Below, piece by piece: positions 49,341 through 59,622 of a stretch of 64,000 nucleotides of DNA. The stretch is from a virus, in the IMG/VR virus record IMGVR_UViG_3300032268_000973, positions 1-64,000 of that record; one strand, given 5' to 3'. Below the pieces are notes generated by a model. That model did not search any database. It saw only the letters and a program-made list of their open reading frames with translations, and was not told the origin of the DNA. Positions within the stretch are counted from its first letter, which is position 1, and each line of letters begins with the position of its first letter. The position numbers and the translations under genes are program-made.

Positions 49341-51179
49341 ATGGCAAATCGTAAAATATCATACACCACAAGAGACTATCAGGGAATAAGAACTGAATTG
49401 TTGAATTATGTTAGAACATATTATCCTGAACTTATTCAGGATTTTAATGATGCTTCAGTTTTCTCTGTCTTTTTAGATTTAAATGCTGCGGTTGCGGACA
49501 ACCTACATTACCACATAGATAGAAGTATTCAAGAAACAGTTCTTCAATACGCACAACAAAGATCTTCAATATATAACATAGCTCGAACTTATGGTTTGAA
49601 ATTGCCAGGTCAAAGACCTTCTGTTGCATTAGTTGATTTTTCAATTACAGTTCCTGCTTTTGGAGATCAAGAAGACCAAAGATATCTTGGAATTTTAACA
49701 AGAGGATCTCAAGTTTCAGGTGCTGGTATTGTTTTCGAAAACATATATGACATCGATTTCAGTTCTCCGTATAATGCACAAGGATTTCCGAATAGATTAA
49801 AAATACCTAACTTCAATGCCAATAATGTTTTAATCAATTACACAATTACAAAAAGAGAACTTGTTGTTAATGGTGTAACTAAAGTATTCAAGAGAGTAAT
49901 AACACCAAATGATGTTAAACCTTTCTTTGAATTATTTTTACCTGAGAAAAATGTGTTGGGTATTACAAGTGTTCTCTTAAAAAGTGGAACTGAGTATACG
50001 AACTTACCATCAACCGCTGAATTCTTAGGGGCAACCAATAAATGGTATGAGGTTGATGCTTTAGCTGAAGATAGAGTTTTCATTGAAGATCCTACAAAAG
50101 TATCGGACCAACCTGGAATTAAAGTTGGAAGATATGTTCAAACATCAAATAGATTCATAAGTGAATACACACCTGAAGGTTTTAAAAAATTAACTTTTGG
50201 TGGAGGAACTAATACCGCTCAAGATTCTTTGGATCAATTTACAACATTGGGAGCGACAATTGATATTCAAAGATATTCTAACAACATATCATTAGGATCG
50301 GCGTTGATACCTAACTCAACTTTGTTTGTCCAATATAGAATTGGTGGAGGTTTAGGGACTAACTTGGGAACAAATGTCATTAGCCAAATAGGAACAGTTT
50401 CATTTTTTGTAAATGGGCCATCTGAGTTGACTAACTCCTCGGTAGTTAATTCCCTTAGATGTAACAACGTCACAGCAGCTATTGGTGGTGCTGGGCTTCC
50501 TTCGTTGGAGGAAATTAGAAATTATGTATCGTTTAATTTCTCGGCACAAAAAAGAGCAGTCACGGTTCAAGATTATGAATCAATTATTAGGAATATGCCA
50601 TCTGAATTCGGAGCTCCTGCAAAAGTTGCGATTACTGAAGATAACAATAAGATTTTGATACAGATATTATCATACGACACTTCAGGTAAATTGACAAACA
50701 TCGTTTCTAATACATTGAAACAAAACATTGCAACATATCTTTCTAACTATAGAATGATCAATGATTATATCTCGATATTGACTGCTGAAGTTATTGACTT
50801 GAGTTTAGAAATATCAATTGTATTGGATTCGGCTCAAAACTCAGGACAAGTTATTGCAGATGTTGTTGACAGAGTATCAACATATTTTAATCCGCAAACC
50901 AGACAGTTAGGGCAAAACGTATACCTTTCTGAGGTACAAAGTATTGTTCAAAATCAGAATGGTGTGTTAACTGTTGCGGACATTAAAGTTTTCAACAACG
51001 TTGGGGGGCAATATTCTTCGGCTGAAACATCAATGAGGTATTCAAATCCTGAAACAAAAGAAATACAACCTGTTGATGACACAATTTTTGCACAACCTTC
51101 ACAAGTTTATCAAATAAGATATCCAAACAAAGATATTCGAGTTTTGGTGAAAAACTTTCAATCAGTAACCTTCAGTTGA
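49341..51179 (+). CDS. Baseplate wedge subunit (gp6 / baseplate J-like)
   Basis: YTTRDYQGIR, AAIGGAGLPSLEEIR and QKRAVTVQDY motifs. Confidence 0.92.
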   Translation: MANRKISYTTRDYQGIRTELLNYVRTYYPELIQDFNDASVFSVFLDLNAAVADNLHYHIDRSIQETVLQYAQQRSSIYNIARTYGLKLPGQRPSVALVDFSITVPAFGDQEDQRYLGILTRGSQVSGAGIVFENIYDIDFSSPYNAQGFPNRLKIPNFNANNVLINYTITKRELVVNGVTKVFKRVITPNDVKPFFELFLPEKNVLGITSVLLKSGTEYTNLPSTAEFLGATNKWYEVDALAEDRVFIEDPTKVSDQPGIKVGRYVQTSNRFISEYTPEGFKKLTFGGGTNTAQDSLDQFTTLGATIDIQRYSNNISLGSALIPNSTLFVQYRIGGGLGTNLGTNVISQIGTVSFFVNGPSELTNSSVVNSLRCNNVTAAIGGAGLPSLEEIRNYVSFNFSAQKRAVTVQDYESIIRNMPSEFGAPAKVAITEDNNKILIQILSYDTSGKLTNIVSNTLKQNIATYLSNYRMINDYISILTAEVIDLSLEISIVLDSAQNSGQVIADVVDRVSTYFNPQTRQLGQNVYLSEVQSIVQNQNGVLTVADIKVFNNVGGQYSSAETSMRYSNPETKEIQPVDDTIFAQPSQVYQIRYPNKDIRVLVKNFQSVTFS

Positions 51180-51243
51180 TAGGTTTATTATCCCTATTTA
51201 TTGTTTATGATTTTAGGTGTGTGTTAGAAAATAACACCTAAAC

Positions 51244-51251
51244 TATTTATA
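51244..51251 (+). promoter_or_regulatory. TATTTATA upstream motif
   Basis: Lies 15 nt before the ATG at 51267. Confidence 0.55.
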
Positions 51252-51266
51252 AACTAAAGATATTAT

Positions 51267-54200
51267 ATGGGTGATTCATATAGAATAAGGACTGAGCTTG
51301 GTGTAAACAAATCAATCAATTTACAATTAGACCAAGAATTTGAGTTCTTAGAAATCCTATCGCTTAAAATTCAACAAACCGACATCTACATAAGAAATTG
51401 TGCGGATTATGGTGTTTTGGTTGGTAGAGTCACCGCAAATAATGGTTTCGGATTACCGAATGCAAGGGTTTCAATCTTTATTCCTATAGAACAGGTTGAT
51501 CAATCCAATCCAGTTATTACAAGTATATATCCATACAAATCTCCAGCGGATAAAAATGAAGATGGTTATAGATATAACCTCCTTCCATACAATCCATCCT
51601 ATTCGAAACATGCCGCAACAGGGACTTTTCCTTCGAGATCCGATGCATTGACAGGGTCTACTGTTGTTGAAATCTATGACAAGTATTATAGGTTTACATC
51701 CAAAACGAATGAGAGCGGTGACTATATGATTATGGGAGTTCCTTTAGGACCACAAACCATAGTTATGGATGTCGATCTTTCAGATATTGGTGAGTTTTCA
51801 TTAACACCTCAAGATTTAGTTAGAATTGGACTTGCAACAGAAGCACAAGTTGCTGGTAATAGGTTCAGGGCATCGGCCGATCTCAACTCTCTTCCACAAA
51901 TAATTAACGTAACCAAGAGTGTGGAAATTTCTCCGTTATGGGGAGATCCTGAGGTGTGTCAAATTTCAATCAATAGAATTGATTTTGATCTAAGGGACGA
52001 TGCTAATGTTGATATACAACCGACCTCTGTTTTTATGGGGTCAATGTTTTCTTCACCTGATAAATTTAGGCTCAGAAAAAATTGTAAGCCTAAAGATAAC
52101 TTAGGGAACTTATGTGACCTGACTTCAGGCCCTGGACAAATTTTAGCACTTCGTCAAACTATACAACAAGATGAGGATGGTAATCCTGTGTTGGAAGTTT
52201 TTGAATTAGAGCAAGCGGGTAATATTATTGATGGAGATGGAACGTGGTTGACCGAACTACCGATGAACTTAGATTATGTCGTCACTAATGAGTTTGGAGA
52301 AAGAGTTATATCAAATGATCCAACTTTAGGCATACCTACAAAAGGAAAATATAGATTCAAAATCAAATGGACTCAACCGAATGATTTGACAATGCAAACA
52401 AGGAGACCAAGTTACTTGGTTCCAAATGTCAAAGAATATGGATGGGTTAATCCTGATGCAGATCCAACCAATTCGGGAAGCCAAACAAGGAAAGATTTAC
52501 AAGAAAGTTCATATTATTTCGGATTGGCTTGGTCAGGTTATACAAACGGATTTACGGGATCAGAACAAATAGATCGATTGAATGAGATTATTAACTGTGA
52601 AGATACCTTTTATGAGTTTCAATTCAATAGAGTTTATACTATATCATCACTGATTGATCAGTATAAAAAAGGTGGACGTGGAAGATTTATAGGAATCAAA
52701 GAGATTGATGATGATACCTGTTCAAGTACCGTGAATAAGTTTCCTGTAAATGATGGATTCAAAAATTTTGATTTACTGTATTTTTTATTTTCTATAATTT
52801 TTACGGTAATTCAGTTTGTTGGCTCGGTTCTATTAGTTGTTGCCCACTTATTACTTTTCATATACACAACGGTTATAAGAGCATTGTGTTTTTTGTGTGG
52901 GATAAAGATTTTTGGTATAAGACCTTTCGGGTTTATTTGTAATGCTTTGAGACTGAGTTGTGAGACAAAAAGTTTCTTAGTACGACTACCAATGTTGACT
53001 TATCCAGATTGTCAGTCCTGCACTTGTAAAGAGACGAACGTAGAATCTACCGATGTTTTGGGAGGAACTAATGGGGCATTAACCTATGTTTCTTCCCCAA
53101 CAAGTTATTATGATGGATTACAGTCTTTATTCGGAACAGATGGAACACCATCAGAAGATGTCCAGCTTAAGTCTTTAATATATTCTGAAGCTATTGCAGG
53201 TAATAATGATTCTGTAACTGATTTGAATGTTTTCAAAACACCAGTATCTCAAGTGGTAAGATTCTTATCGGATGAATCCGAGGAGAAGAAACATTTTGCA
53301 TACGCAAAAAGTCTTACTTTGGGTGAAAGAATAAATTTATTCAATACAAGAAAATCATATTTTGAAGATTTGAACAAAATCAAAGTGACATTTTCAAAAA
53401 ACTCAAACATAGGGAAATATCATTTTGACAACACTGTAACTGTTTTGGCGAATCAATTTTATGAATCTGGACAATTGTTAACAACAGTTAATCCTTCAAC
53501 ATCTACCGATAAAAATTTCCTATATGTTACTCAATCTGATAATGGGTTGGTAAATGGTATTACAGGTACAACAATACAAGGTTCAACAACTGTAACTGTA
53601 GATTATGCTCTGACAGAATTGACTGATGATAGTGTTTTATATTCACTTCCAACTGGTAGTACAGTAACTCGTCAACAATACCCACAAGACAGAGAGTATT
53701 TTCAAGTTGTCACAGCAATTACAATCTCAGAGGCGATTAAAATTTGGGATACAGGTGGCATAGAAACTTTTCCAAATGTCTTGAGTGCACCATCAAGAAT
53801 ATTTTTAGCAAAAAGGAGAACAACTCCTATCACAGGTTACAGAGATGATGACGGAACATTGATTAGTCCACTCTCTGTATTAGAGAATATCGATAGCCAA
53901 TATATTTTGATACTTCAGAGAGGGGTCGATCCATATTCACCAAAGTATGAGAACGAATATAAACTCGGTAGAATTTTTGGTAAAAATATAGATGATTCGA
54001 ATTTAACAATAACCGCATCAACTCGATTGAATATACCCATTCAAAAGTTGACACAAACAAATATTTCAGTTCAACCTTTCACTCAAAGTGGGATGTTCTA
54101 CCCATCTTATTTCTTTGAGGCTGGTAATGATTTTAGTGGTTTTACAACTTCAACTGTTGGATATTATGGTAGTTTAGATTCTACATTTGACAGTTTGGGA

Positions 54201-55982
54201 GATGGTATGACCCAGAAAAATATTGGAGGTGTGATTGGTATGGTTTCTGCATCTAATAACGATTTCTATTCATCAACTCAAAATTCCGCAAAATATGATT
54301 TGTCTGAAGATGTTTCGGGGGCCTCATTCATATTTGGTAATATAACCGCGGGATTTAGTTTCGGTTACAAAGATGTAAGGTTCAGCTACTTCACTCCTAA
54401 TGCATATCCTCAGTTGACGGGGTCTCCAATGTCAATATCGTCTAAAACTAACAACGTAATGAGAACGGATAGGTTACCTTCATCCGATGCATTGAATGGT
54501 AGTGCTTGGACTACTAATCCCGCTTTATTACAACAGAATAATAATTTTGTTTTCTATGACATACCTGAGTTGGATCAACCTGAAGCCTTGGTTGGATATG
54601 CAACTGGTGCGGAAATACCGACTGCAGATTTGGAAGGGTTACCAAATGACATTACTGTATTGTCAAGTTTCGATTGTGAGAATATGGTTGGATTAGATTG
54701 TTACACAGGATTTGGTGACAATTTTGAAGTAAATCAAGAATGTACTACTAAAGATGCGGTTGAAAAAGGTTGTTATATTTTTATGAGGAGACCTGGTTTA
54801 GACTTAGTCAAAGATCTTGGGAACTTCGGAGAATGGGCATTTAGATTTAGGTTTTTCTACGGTTTATGTAGAGGAGTTCTATCACAATCATTTATGAATA
54901 ATTGGGTTAATGGTTCCCTATACTTTTTTCCCATCCAAGTTGATACTTTTTATAACAAACAAAATAGAGTTAGTCAAGTTCGATTCTGTGAAGATGTAAT
55001 TTATTATAATCGGGATAGTAACAACTTCTATTATAGAAGTACTCCATATAATAATTCGACTAATAAATTCTTAGGAAAAAGATCAGACAAATCTGAGGGA
55101 GGAATAAATGATTTGAATCTATTGTTCCCTACAACTGTAATCAATTTGGGTATGAAAGATTATTTCTATTCTGAGATAACCTTCGACCCTTCGACCCGAG
55201 GATTTATATTACCAAACATTGGTCCTACAAGTTATGCTGACACATCGGATTTGGTTAATCTTTTTGTGGTATCTAGAATCACTGATGAGAATTTCTTACA
55301 GCAATTGATACCTTTGGGAGACAATTCTATCAATCAACTATTTTCAAGAGATGAAAGAAGAATTGATGGAGATTTAGCTCAGTTGATGTCGATAAACTGT
55401 GAGATAGGGAATATCAATTTTTCACCAGAATATTATGATAGTGTTTCTGGTGAAACAAATCAACCAACACAAATTCTTGGAACTCCAAAGGATCCTACAA
55501 TTGGTGTGTGGTTTTCCTCTACTACAGAGGATTTACAAACCAAAGATTACTTGACACCAGGTCGAATAAATTTTAGGGGGAATGATGATATTGGATATTT
55601 TCCATATCCCTATGGAATTAAGTCTCAACAAGTTCCATTCTATCAATGGAAATTGTATAACACTAAGTTAATATTTGGGACTCAATTGAACGATTGGGCG
55701 ACATCTTCATCTGATATTGTCCAAAATACTAGATATCAATCTTTGGATAGGTTTTCAACAAGCACTCCTTATTTCTTAGGATCGAATGCGATATCCAATG
55801 ACTTGAATGCACGAGGATATATATTCAACGTAAATGGAACTGTGGGAGATGGTCAATATCTTTCAACGGGAGCAATCAAACAAAAGTTTGTTGTTGGTGC
55901 TCCATTCCAATTCTATTTTGGAACCGTAGTTGGTGAAACCGCTTTGGATAAATTCAAAAGAAAATATTCTGTAGATGAATAA
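51267..55982 (+). CDS. Large baseplate-cluster protein with an N-terminal carboxypeptidase-regulatory-like beta domain and an internal hydrophobic Cys-rich segment
   Basis: VLVGRVTANNGFGLPNARVSIF and TNESGDYMIMGVPLG. Hydrophobic FDLLYFLFSIIFTVIQFVGSVLLVVAHLLLFIY segment. Confidence 0.6.
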   Translation: MGDSYRIRTELGVNKSINLQLDQEFEFLEILSLKIQQTDIYIRNCADYGVLVGRVTANNGFGLPNARVSIFIPIEQVDQSNPVITSIYPYKSPADKNEDGYRYNLLPYNPSYSKHAATGTFPSRSDALTGSTVVEIYDKYYRFTSKTNESGDYMIMGVPLGPQTIVMDVDLSDIGEFSLTPQDLVRIGLATEAQVAGNRFRASADLNSLPQIINVTKSVEISPLWGDPEVCQISINRIDFDLRDDANVDIQPTSVFMGSMFSSPDKFRLRKNCKPKDNLGNLCDLTSGPGQILALRQTIQQDEDGNPVLEVFELEQAGNIIDGDGTWLTELPMNLDYVVTNEFGERVISNDPTLGIPTKGKYRFKIKWTQPNDLTMQTRRPSYLVPNVKEYGWVNPDADPTNSGSQTRKDLQESSYYFGLAWSGYTNGFTGSEQIDRLNEIINCEDTFYEFQFNRVYTISSLIDQYKKGGRGRFIGIKEIDDDTCSSTVNKFPVNDGFKNFDLLYFLFSIIFTVIQFVGSVLLVVAHLLLFIYTTVIRALCFLCGIKIFGIRPFGFICNALRLSCETKSFLVRLPMLTYPDCQSCTCKETNVESTDVLGGTNGALTYVSSPTSYYDGLQSLFGTDGTPSEDVQLKSLIYSEAIAGNNDSVTDLNVFKTPVSQVVRFLSDESEEKKHFAYAKSLTLGERINLFNTRKSYFEDLNKIKVTFSKNSNIGKYHFDNTVTVLANQFYESGQLLTTVNPSTSTDKNFLYVTQSDNGLVNGITGTTIQGSTTVTVDYALTELTDDSVLYSLPTGSTVTRQQYPQDREYFQVVTAITISEAIKIWDTGGIETFPNVLSAPSRIFLAKRRTTPITGYRDDDGTLISPLSVLENIDSQYILILQRGVDPYSPKYENEYKLGRIFGKNIDDSNLTITASTRLNIPIQKLTQTNISVQPFTQSGMFYPSYFFEAGNDFSGFTTSTVGYYGSLDSTFDSLGDGMTQKNIGGVIGMVSASNNDFYSSTQNSAKYDLSEDVSGASFIFGNITAGFSFGYKDVRFSYFTPNAYPQLTGSPMSISSKTNNVMRTDRLPSSDALNGSAWTTNPALLQQNNNFVFYDIPELDQPEALVGYATGAEIPTADLEGLPNDITVLSSFDCENMVGLDCYTGFGDNFEVNQECTTKDAVEKGCYIFMRRPGLDLVKDLGNFGEWAFRFRFFYGLCRGVLSQSFMNNWVNGSLYFFPIQVDTFYNKQNRVSQVRFCEDVIYYNRDSNNFYYRSTPYNNSTNKFLGKRSDKSEGGINDLNLLFPTTVINLGMKDYFYSEITFDPSTRGFILPNIGPTSYADTSDLVNLFVVSRITDENFLQQLIPLGDNSINQLFSRDERRIDGDLAQLMSINCEIGNINFSPEYYDSVSGETNQPTQILGTPKDPTIGVWFSSTTEDLQTKDYLTPGRINFRGNDDIGYFPYPYGIKSQQVPFYQWKLYNTKLIFGTQLNDWATSSSDIVQNTRYQSLDRFSTSTPYFLGSNAISNDLNARGYIFNVNGTVGDGQYLSTGAIKQKFVVGAPFQFYFGTVVGETALDKFKRKYSVDE

Positions 55983-57672
55983 GTTTACACTAATACCGAG
56001 TGGTCAAAGATACAAAGGTGCTCCCTCTATTGATGAGGAAGTTTCTGTTACTTTACAAGAACAGAGTCAGCAGCTTACTGAGTATGAAAGATCACAGACA
56101 ATAAATCTTGCTCAAGTTTATGATGACGAAAGGCAAATTTGTACTGTATTCAGACCAACATTTAAGGTTACTTATCTATATGATAATGTTTATGATGGTG
56201 TAACTAATTATCAACCATTCGAATATAATCTATATTATACAGAACCAAGTAGATCTAAGCAAAGTGGTATTTGGAAAGGATTTCCACAATATTATGAATT
56301 TGATTTTTACCGACCAAATGTAACTGATTATCATTTTTCCTATAAAGCAAAAAGTGCTTACACATACAATTGGATGTATTACATAACATATCCTTATAAG
56401 AATGATTATGATAAACAACTCCAATATTATTCGACCGATGATAATAATATTACTTGGGTTGCCTCTCAGGGTATTCCATTTACTATATTGAATACAACTC
56501 AAAATGGTAATGGAATTATTTCATTTATTTGTATTGCTCCTCATGGGTTGACTTCTGGTGAATATGTTGAATTGTCATTAACATATAGAGATTCAAATAT
56601 TTTTCAAGTAGATTCTTTGGGTAACGGTAAATTCGGAAGTGATGTCCACATCTTTAATGTTTTCAATATCGGATATACGGGATCGACATTTAACAATGGA
56701 GTTGAAGGGACCTTTAAGAGAGTTATCAATCCTGACAATTTGGAAGAAACAAAATCCAAATATTATATCAAACAATATAAGTTTTTGACTAATATCGAAG
56801 ACCTTGCAATGACAAAGGCTGGGTTTGAAAAAAATGTTTTCGAAGAAAATAAAAAAATAGAGTTTAGTTCAATAACTCCAAACTTAGTGACCAGAATTTC
56901 TCAAAAAAATAGTAGTAACACTTATGATGTTACTTCAAATTATGATCTTGACTTGGCGAATTTATTAGATAATCAAAAAAGACCAATCAATGAAATAAGT
57001 CTTACGATCATAAATAAAGGATACTCAGGATACTTTAATCAACCATTCAATAGGATTGGTATTAAACAGGGATGGGAATTCAATTTAACAAAAACAACAA
57101 ATCCTTGGTGGGATTTGAATAACGAAAAATCAAATTCTAGTGTATTAACTTCGGACTATACTTTGACAAATGGTGCAACCAAAACTTTTTTCTATAACCT
57201 CGACCTGAAAAAAGATGATGTTATGGATGGTGATTTTTGTGAATGGAATGACTATGAACAAATAGAAAGGGTCGTTTCTCCATATTATCATAAAATAAAG
57301 TTCAATCAAAGTGTTTTTCAAACAACGGATGATTATTCTACAAATTCACCAGGGTATTACTATAAGCCTCACAATTCAATGACTCTTAGAGTTTTCTCAG
57401 ACTATATTGAGACTGGTGAATTGGCAACCATTGATGCAACCCCAAGTTGGGCATTTTATTCACAAACTGACCAACAATTTAGATGGAGGGATTTATACAC
57501 ATATGGATTTATAGATAATTTAGGTAGAGGGGTGGACTATCCATTTCTTAATACCGCCCAATATCCATACACTAATGTTGTATTTAGATTGATACCTGAA
57601 GGAATAAACTACAATGATAACCTCCAAGGATTTGGGGTTTCAGTTAAACCGTTAGTTGATGAGTGTGAATAA
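55975..57672 (+). CDS. Probable baseplate/tail structural protein
   Basis: 565 aa, overlap-coupled, Tyr/Asn/Thr-rich, with a HGLTSGEYVEL beta-barrel-type motif. Confidence 0.6.
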   Translation: MNKFTLIPSGQRYKGAPSIDEEVSVTLQEQSQQLTEYERSQTINLAQVYDDERQICTVFRPTFKVTYLYDNVYDGVTNYQPFEYNLYYTEPSRSKQSGIWKGFPQYYEFDFYRPNVTDYHFSYKAKSAYTYNWMYYITYPYKNDYDKQLQYYSTDDNNITWVASQGIPFTILNTTQNGNGIISFICIAPHGLTSGEYVELSLTYRDSNIFQVDSLGNGKFGSDVHIFNVFNIGYTGSTFNNGVEGTFKRVINPDNLEETKSKYYIKQYKFLTNIEDLAMTKAGFEKNVFEENKKIEFSSITPNLVTRISQKNSSNTYDVTSNYDLDLANLLDNQKRPINEISLTIINKGYSGYFNQPFNRIGIKQGWEFNLTKTTNPWWDLNNEKSNSSVLTSDYTLTNGATKTFFYNLDLKKDDVMDGDFCEWNDYEQIERVVSPYYHKIKFNQSVFQTTDDYSTNSPGYYYKPHNSMTLRVFSDYIETGELATIDATPSWAFYSQTDQQFRWRDLYTYGFIDNLGRGVDYPFLNTAQYPYTNVVFRLIPEGINYNDNLQGFGVSVKPLVDECE

Positions 57673-58489
57673 ATTTGTAATACGGCAAGATGGTCCTGTT
57701 AATAAACAAATTAACATTCCTGTAGAATTAAAGTGGGACTACTTGGGATTAGATTTGGCTATTGACGAATATGAAACCAAGATGATCAAAGATGTTATTG
57801 GTGTGGGAAGAGACTTTGAGGTCTCAAGATTTGCTCATGCGCCTGCCACTGGAACTACAAATGACACCGTAGTAAACTATGAGTTCTATTTCTATTCGGG
57901 AGGATCTTTAGATCAAATTTCAAATTGGAGAATAGATTATCAAAGCGAAGGATTCACTCCACAAGAGATCTATTATTTTTCCAACAATTTTTCTAATTCG
58001 TTTTTCAAGTTAGATCTTTATGATACACCTGATGAAAAACAACAAACTAACTATGTCACAATTATATTACCTACACAACAAGGGGATATTATGGAAGCAC
58101 AAATGCAACGAACTTTGGTTAACATTAAAAAACCAAAATTTGCATTGGACTATATTGGTGATAAAGATGGGTTTTTTATTTATTGGTTGAAGAAAAGAAC
58201 TTTCTTGGACCTAAATACATTCTACATGTCGGCAAAGTTTTTTGATGCCAAAGCAGGACAATTCAAAAGAATGATGACGGGAAGAGGATCAAATCCTGCA
58301 GATTTAACTAATGGACCTCAAGCGAATTTGATAGGAAATAAATATGCTTTTGATAGCACAGAGTATTTTTATTACACCGTAAAATTGGATTATCGAGACT
58401 TAACATACCAAGTCTTGAATACTTACGGACAGAGGATGGGAACCAACATTCCAATAAAATGGTATGAATATGTTAATCCAACACAGTAA
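57656..58489 (+). CDS. Probable baseplate/tail structural protein
   Basis: 277 aa ORF overlapping its neighbours inside the structural operon. Confidence 0.6.
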   Translation: MMSVNKFVIRQDGPVNKQINIPVELKWDYLGLDLAIDEYETKMIKDVIGVGRDFEVSRFAHAPATGTTNDTVVNYEFYFYSGGSLDQISNWRIDYQSEGFTPQEIYYFSNNFSNSFFKLDLYDTPDEKQQTNYVTIILPTQQGDIMEAQMQRTLVNIKKPKFALDYIGDKDGFFIYWLKKRTFLDLNTFYMSAKFFDAKAGQFKRMMTGRGSNPADLTNGPQANLIGNKYAFDSTEYFYYTVKLDYRDLTYQVLNTYGQRMGTNIPIKWYEYVNPTQ

Positions 58490-59583
58490 TGACACAAGAT
58501 TATTACAAATTTGTTGTTTCACCTGAAAACATCAAGGGAGATTTATCAGTTGTAAATTACAATGGCACTCCTGTTGGGGTCTATTCAGCAATGACTGAGG
58601 TTGTAAGTTCTGGGGTAAACGGAAGTTCAATTCTTACTGGGTTATCTGTTAATATACTATTAAACCAAACCGCTGTTGATGAGGGATATTTTAGTCCATT
58701 TGATGGTGCGGTTCTACAAAAAGACGTTGTTACAAATTTTTTATTTTCTTCAACTACAAGTAATCCATATGTTTGGAATGTGTATAATACTTCTGATGAG
58801 TTTCAAAAGTTTTTGGAATTATCTGTTTACAAAGTTGATTGGGGAGATGGAAGTCCAAAACAAACAATTACAAGTTACGCTCCTAACTCTATCACTCATA
58901 CCTATCCTGAATCAACAAAACAATATAAGATAACCTTGGAACAAACAAATCCTTGGGGAGTAACCAAAGTTTCCAAAACTATAAGTGTTCCATATACTGA
59001 TGTTGTTCCTTTTAACCCAACGGGTCAATTCTTTTTTGCTCCATCTACAGGAAATTGGATTGGAACTTCAACATCCTATGACTACATATTTTCTGGAGAT
59101 GCGGTGAATGAAGTATCCGCACAAACTTCTAATAATTATGTCACTATCCCATTCACAGTTTCGGGGGTAACCAAATCGAGAGTAAATGAATTGGCATTAT
59201 ATGGAACTCCAAAGTTTCAAGTTGGGGTTCCTGTGATTGCTAATGGACAAATTTGGGGAGCAATCTCGGATATGAACGTTATCTATACCGCATATACAAT
59301 TACAGGAGTTCATTACTATGACTACAATGATGGAACGACAATCTTTTTCCAACAATCTTCAGGTTTGACTTCAAACAATCTTACAGCAACTCCGATTACT
59401 AAAGATGAAGTCTTATTGAAAGTTATTGACCAGCCTCAGATACAAACCAATGTTTTTGTGGAAAGAGGAAAGAACAGTGCATATGAGAGAGTCCAAAGAT
59501 TAGGTGAGGTAGATAATTTGGGAGATATGTTAAACTACGGATATGGATTTTTTAATGTAGTTAATAAGGAATCTACTAGATGA
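58489..59583 (+). CDS. Structural protein with a PKD-like Ig domain
   Basis: YKVDWGDGS...ITHTY...YKITL motif. Confidence 0.6.
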   Translation: MTQDYYKFVVSPENIKGDLSVVNYNGTPVGVYSAMTEVVSSGVNGSSILTGLSVNILLNQTAVDEGYFSPFDGAVLQKDVVTNFLFSSTTSNPYVWNVYNTSDEFQKFLELSVYKVDWGDGSPKQTITSYAPNSITHTYPESTKQYKITLEQTNPWGVTKVSKTISVPYTDVVPFNPTGQFFFAPSTGNWIGTSTSYDYIFSGDAVNEVSAQTSNNYVTIPFTVSGVTKSRVNELALYGTPKFQVGVPVIANGQIWGAISDMNVIYTAYTITGVHYYDYNDGTTIFFQQSSGLTSNNLTATPITKDEVLLKVIDQPQIQTNVFVERGKNSAYERVQRLGEVDNLGDMLNYGYGFFNVVNKESTR

Positions 59584-59598
59584 AAAAAAGAACTAAAC

Positions 59599-59606
59599 TA
59601 TTTATA
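59599..59606 (+). promoter_or_regulatory. TATTTATA upstream motif
   Basis: Lies 16 nt before the ATG at 59623, within the 20-mer shared with the 3207 site. Confidence 0.55.
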
Positions 59607-59622
59607 AATTAAATAATAAGAT

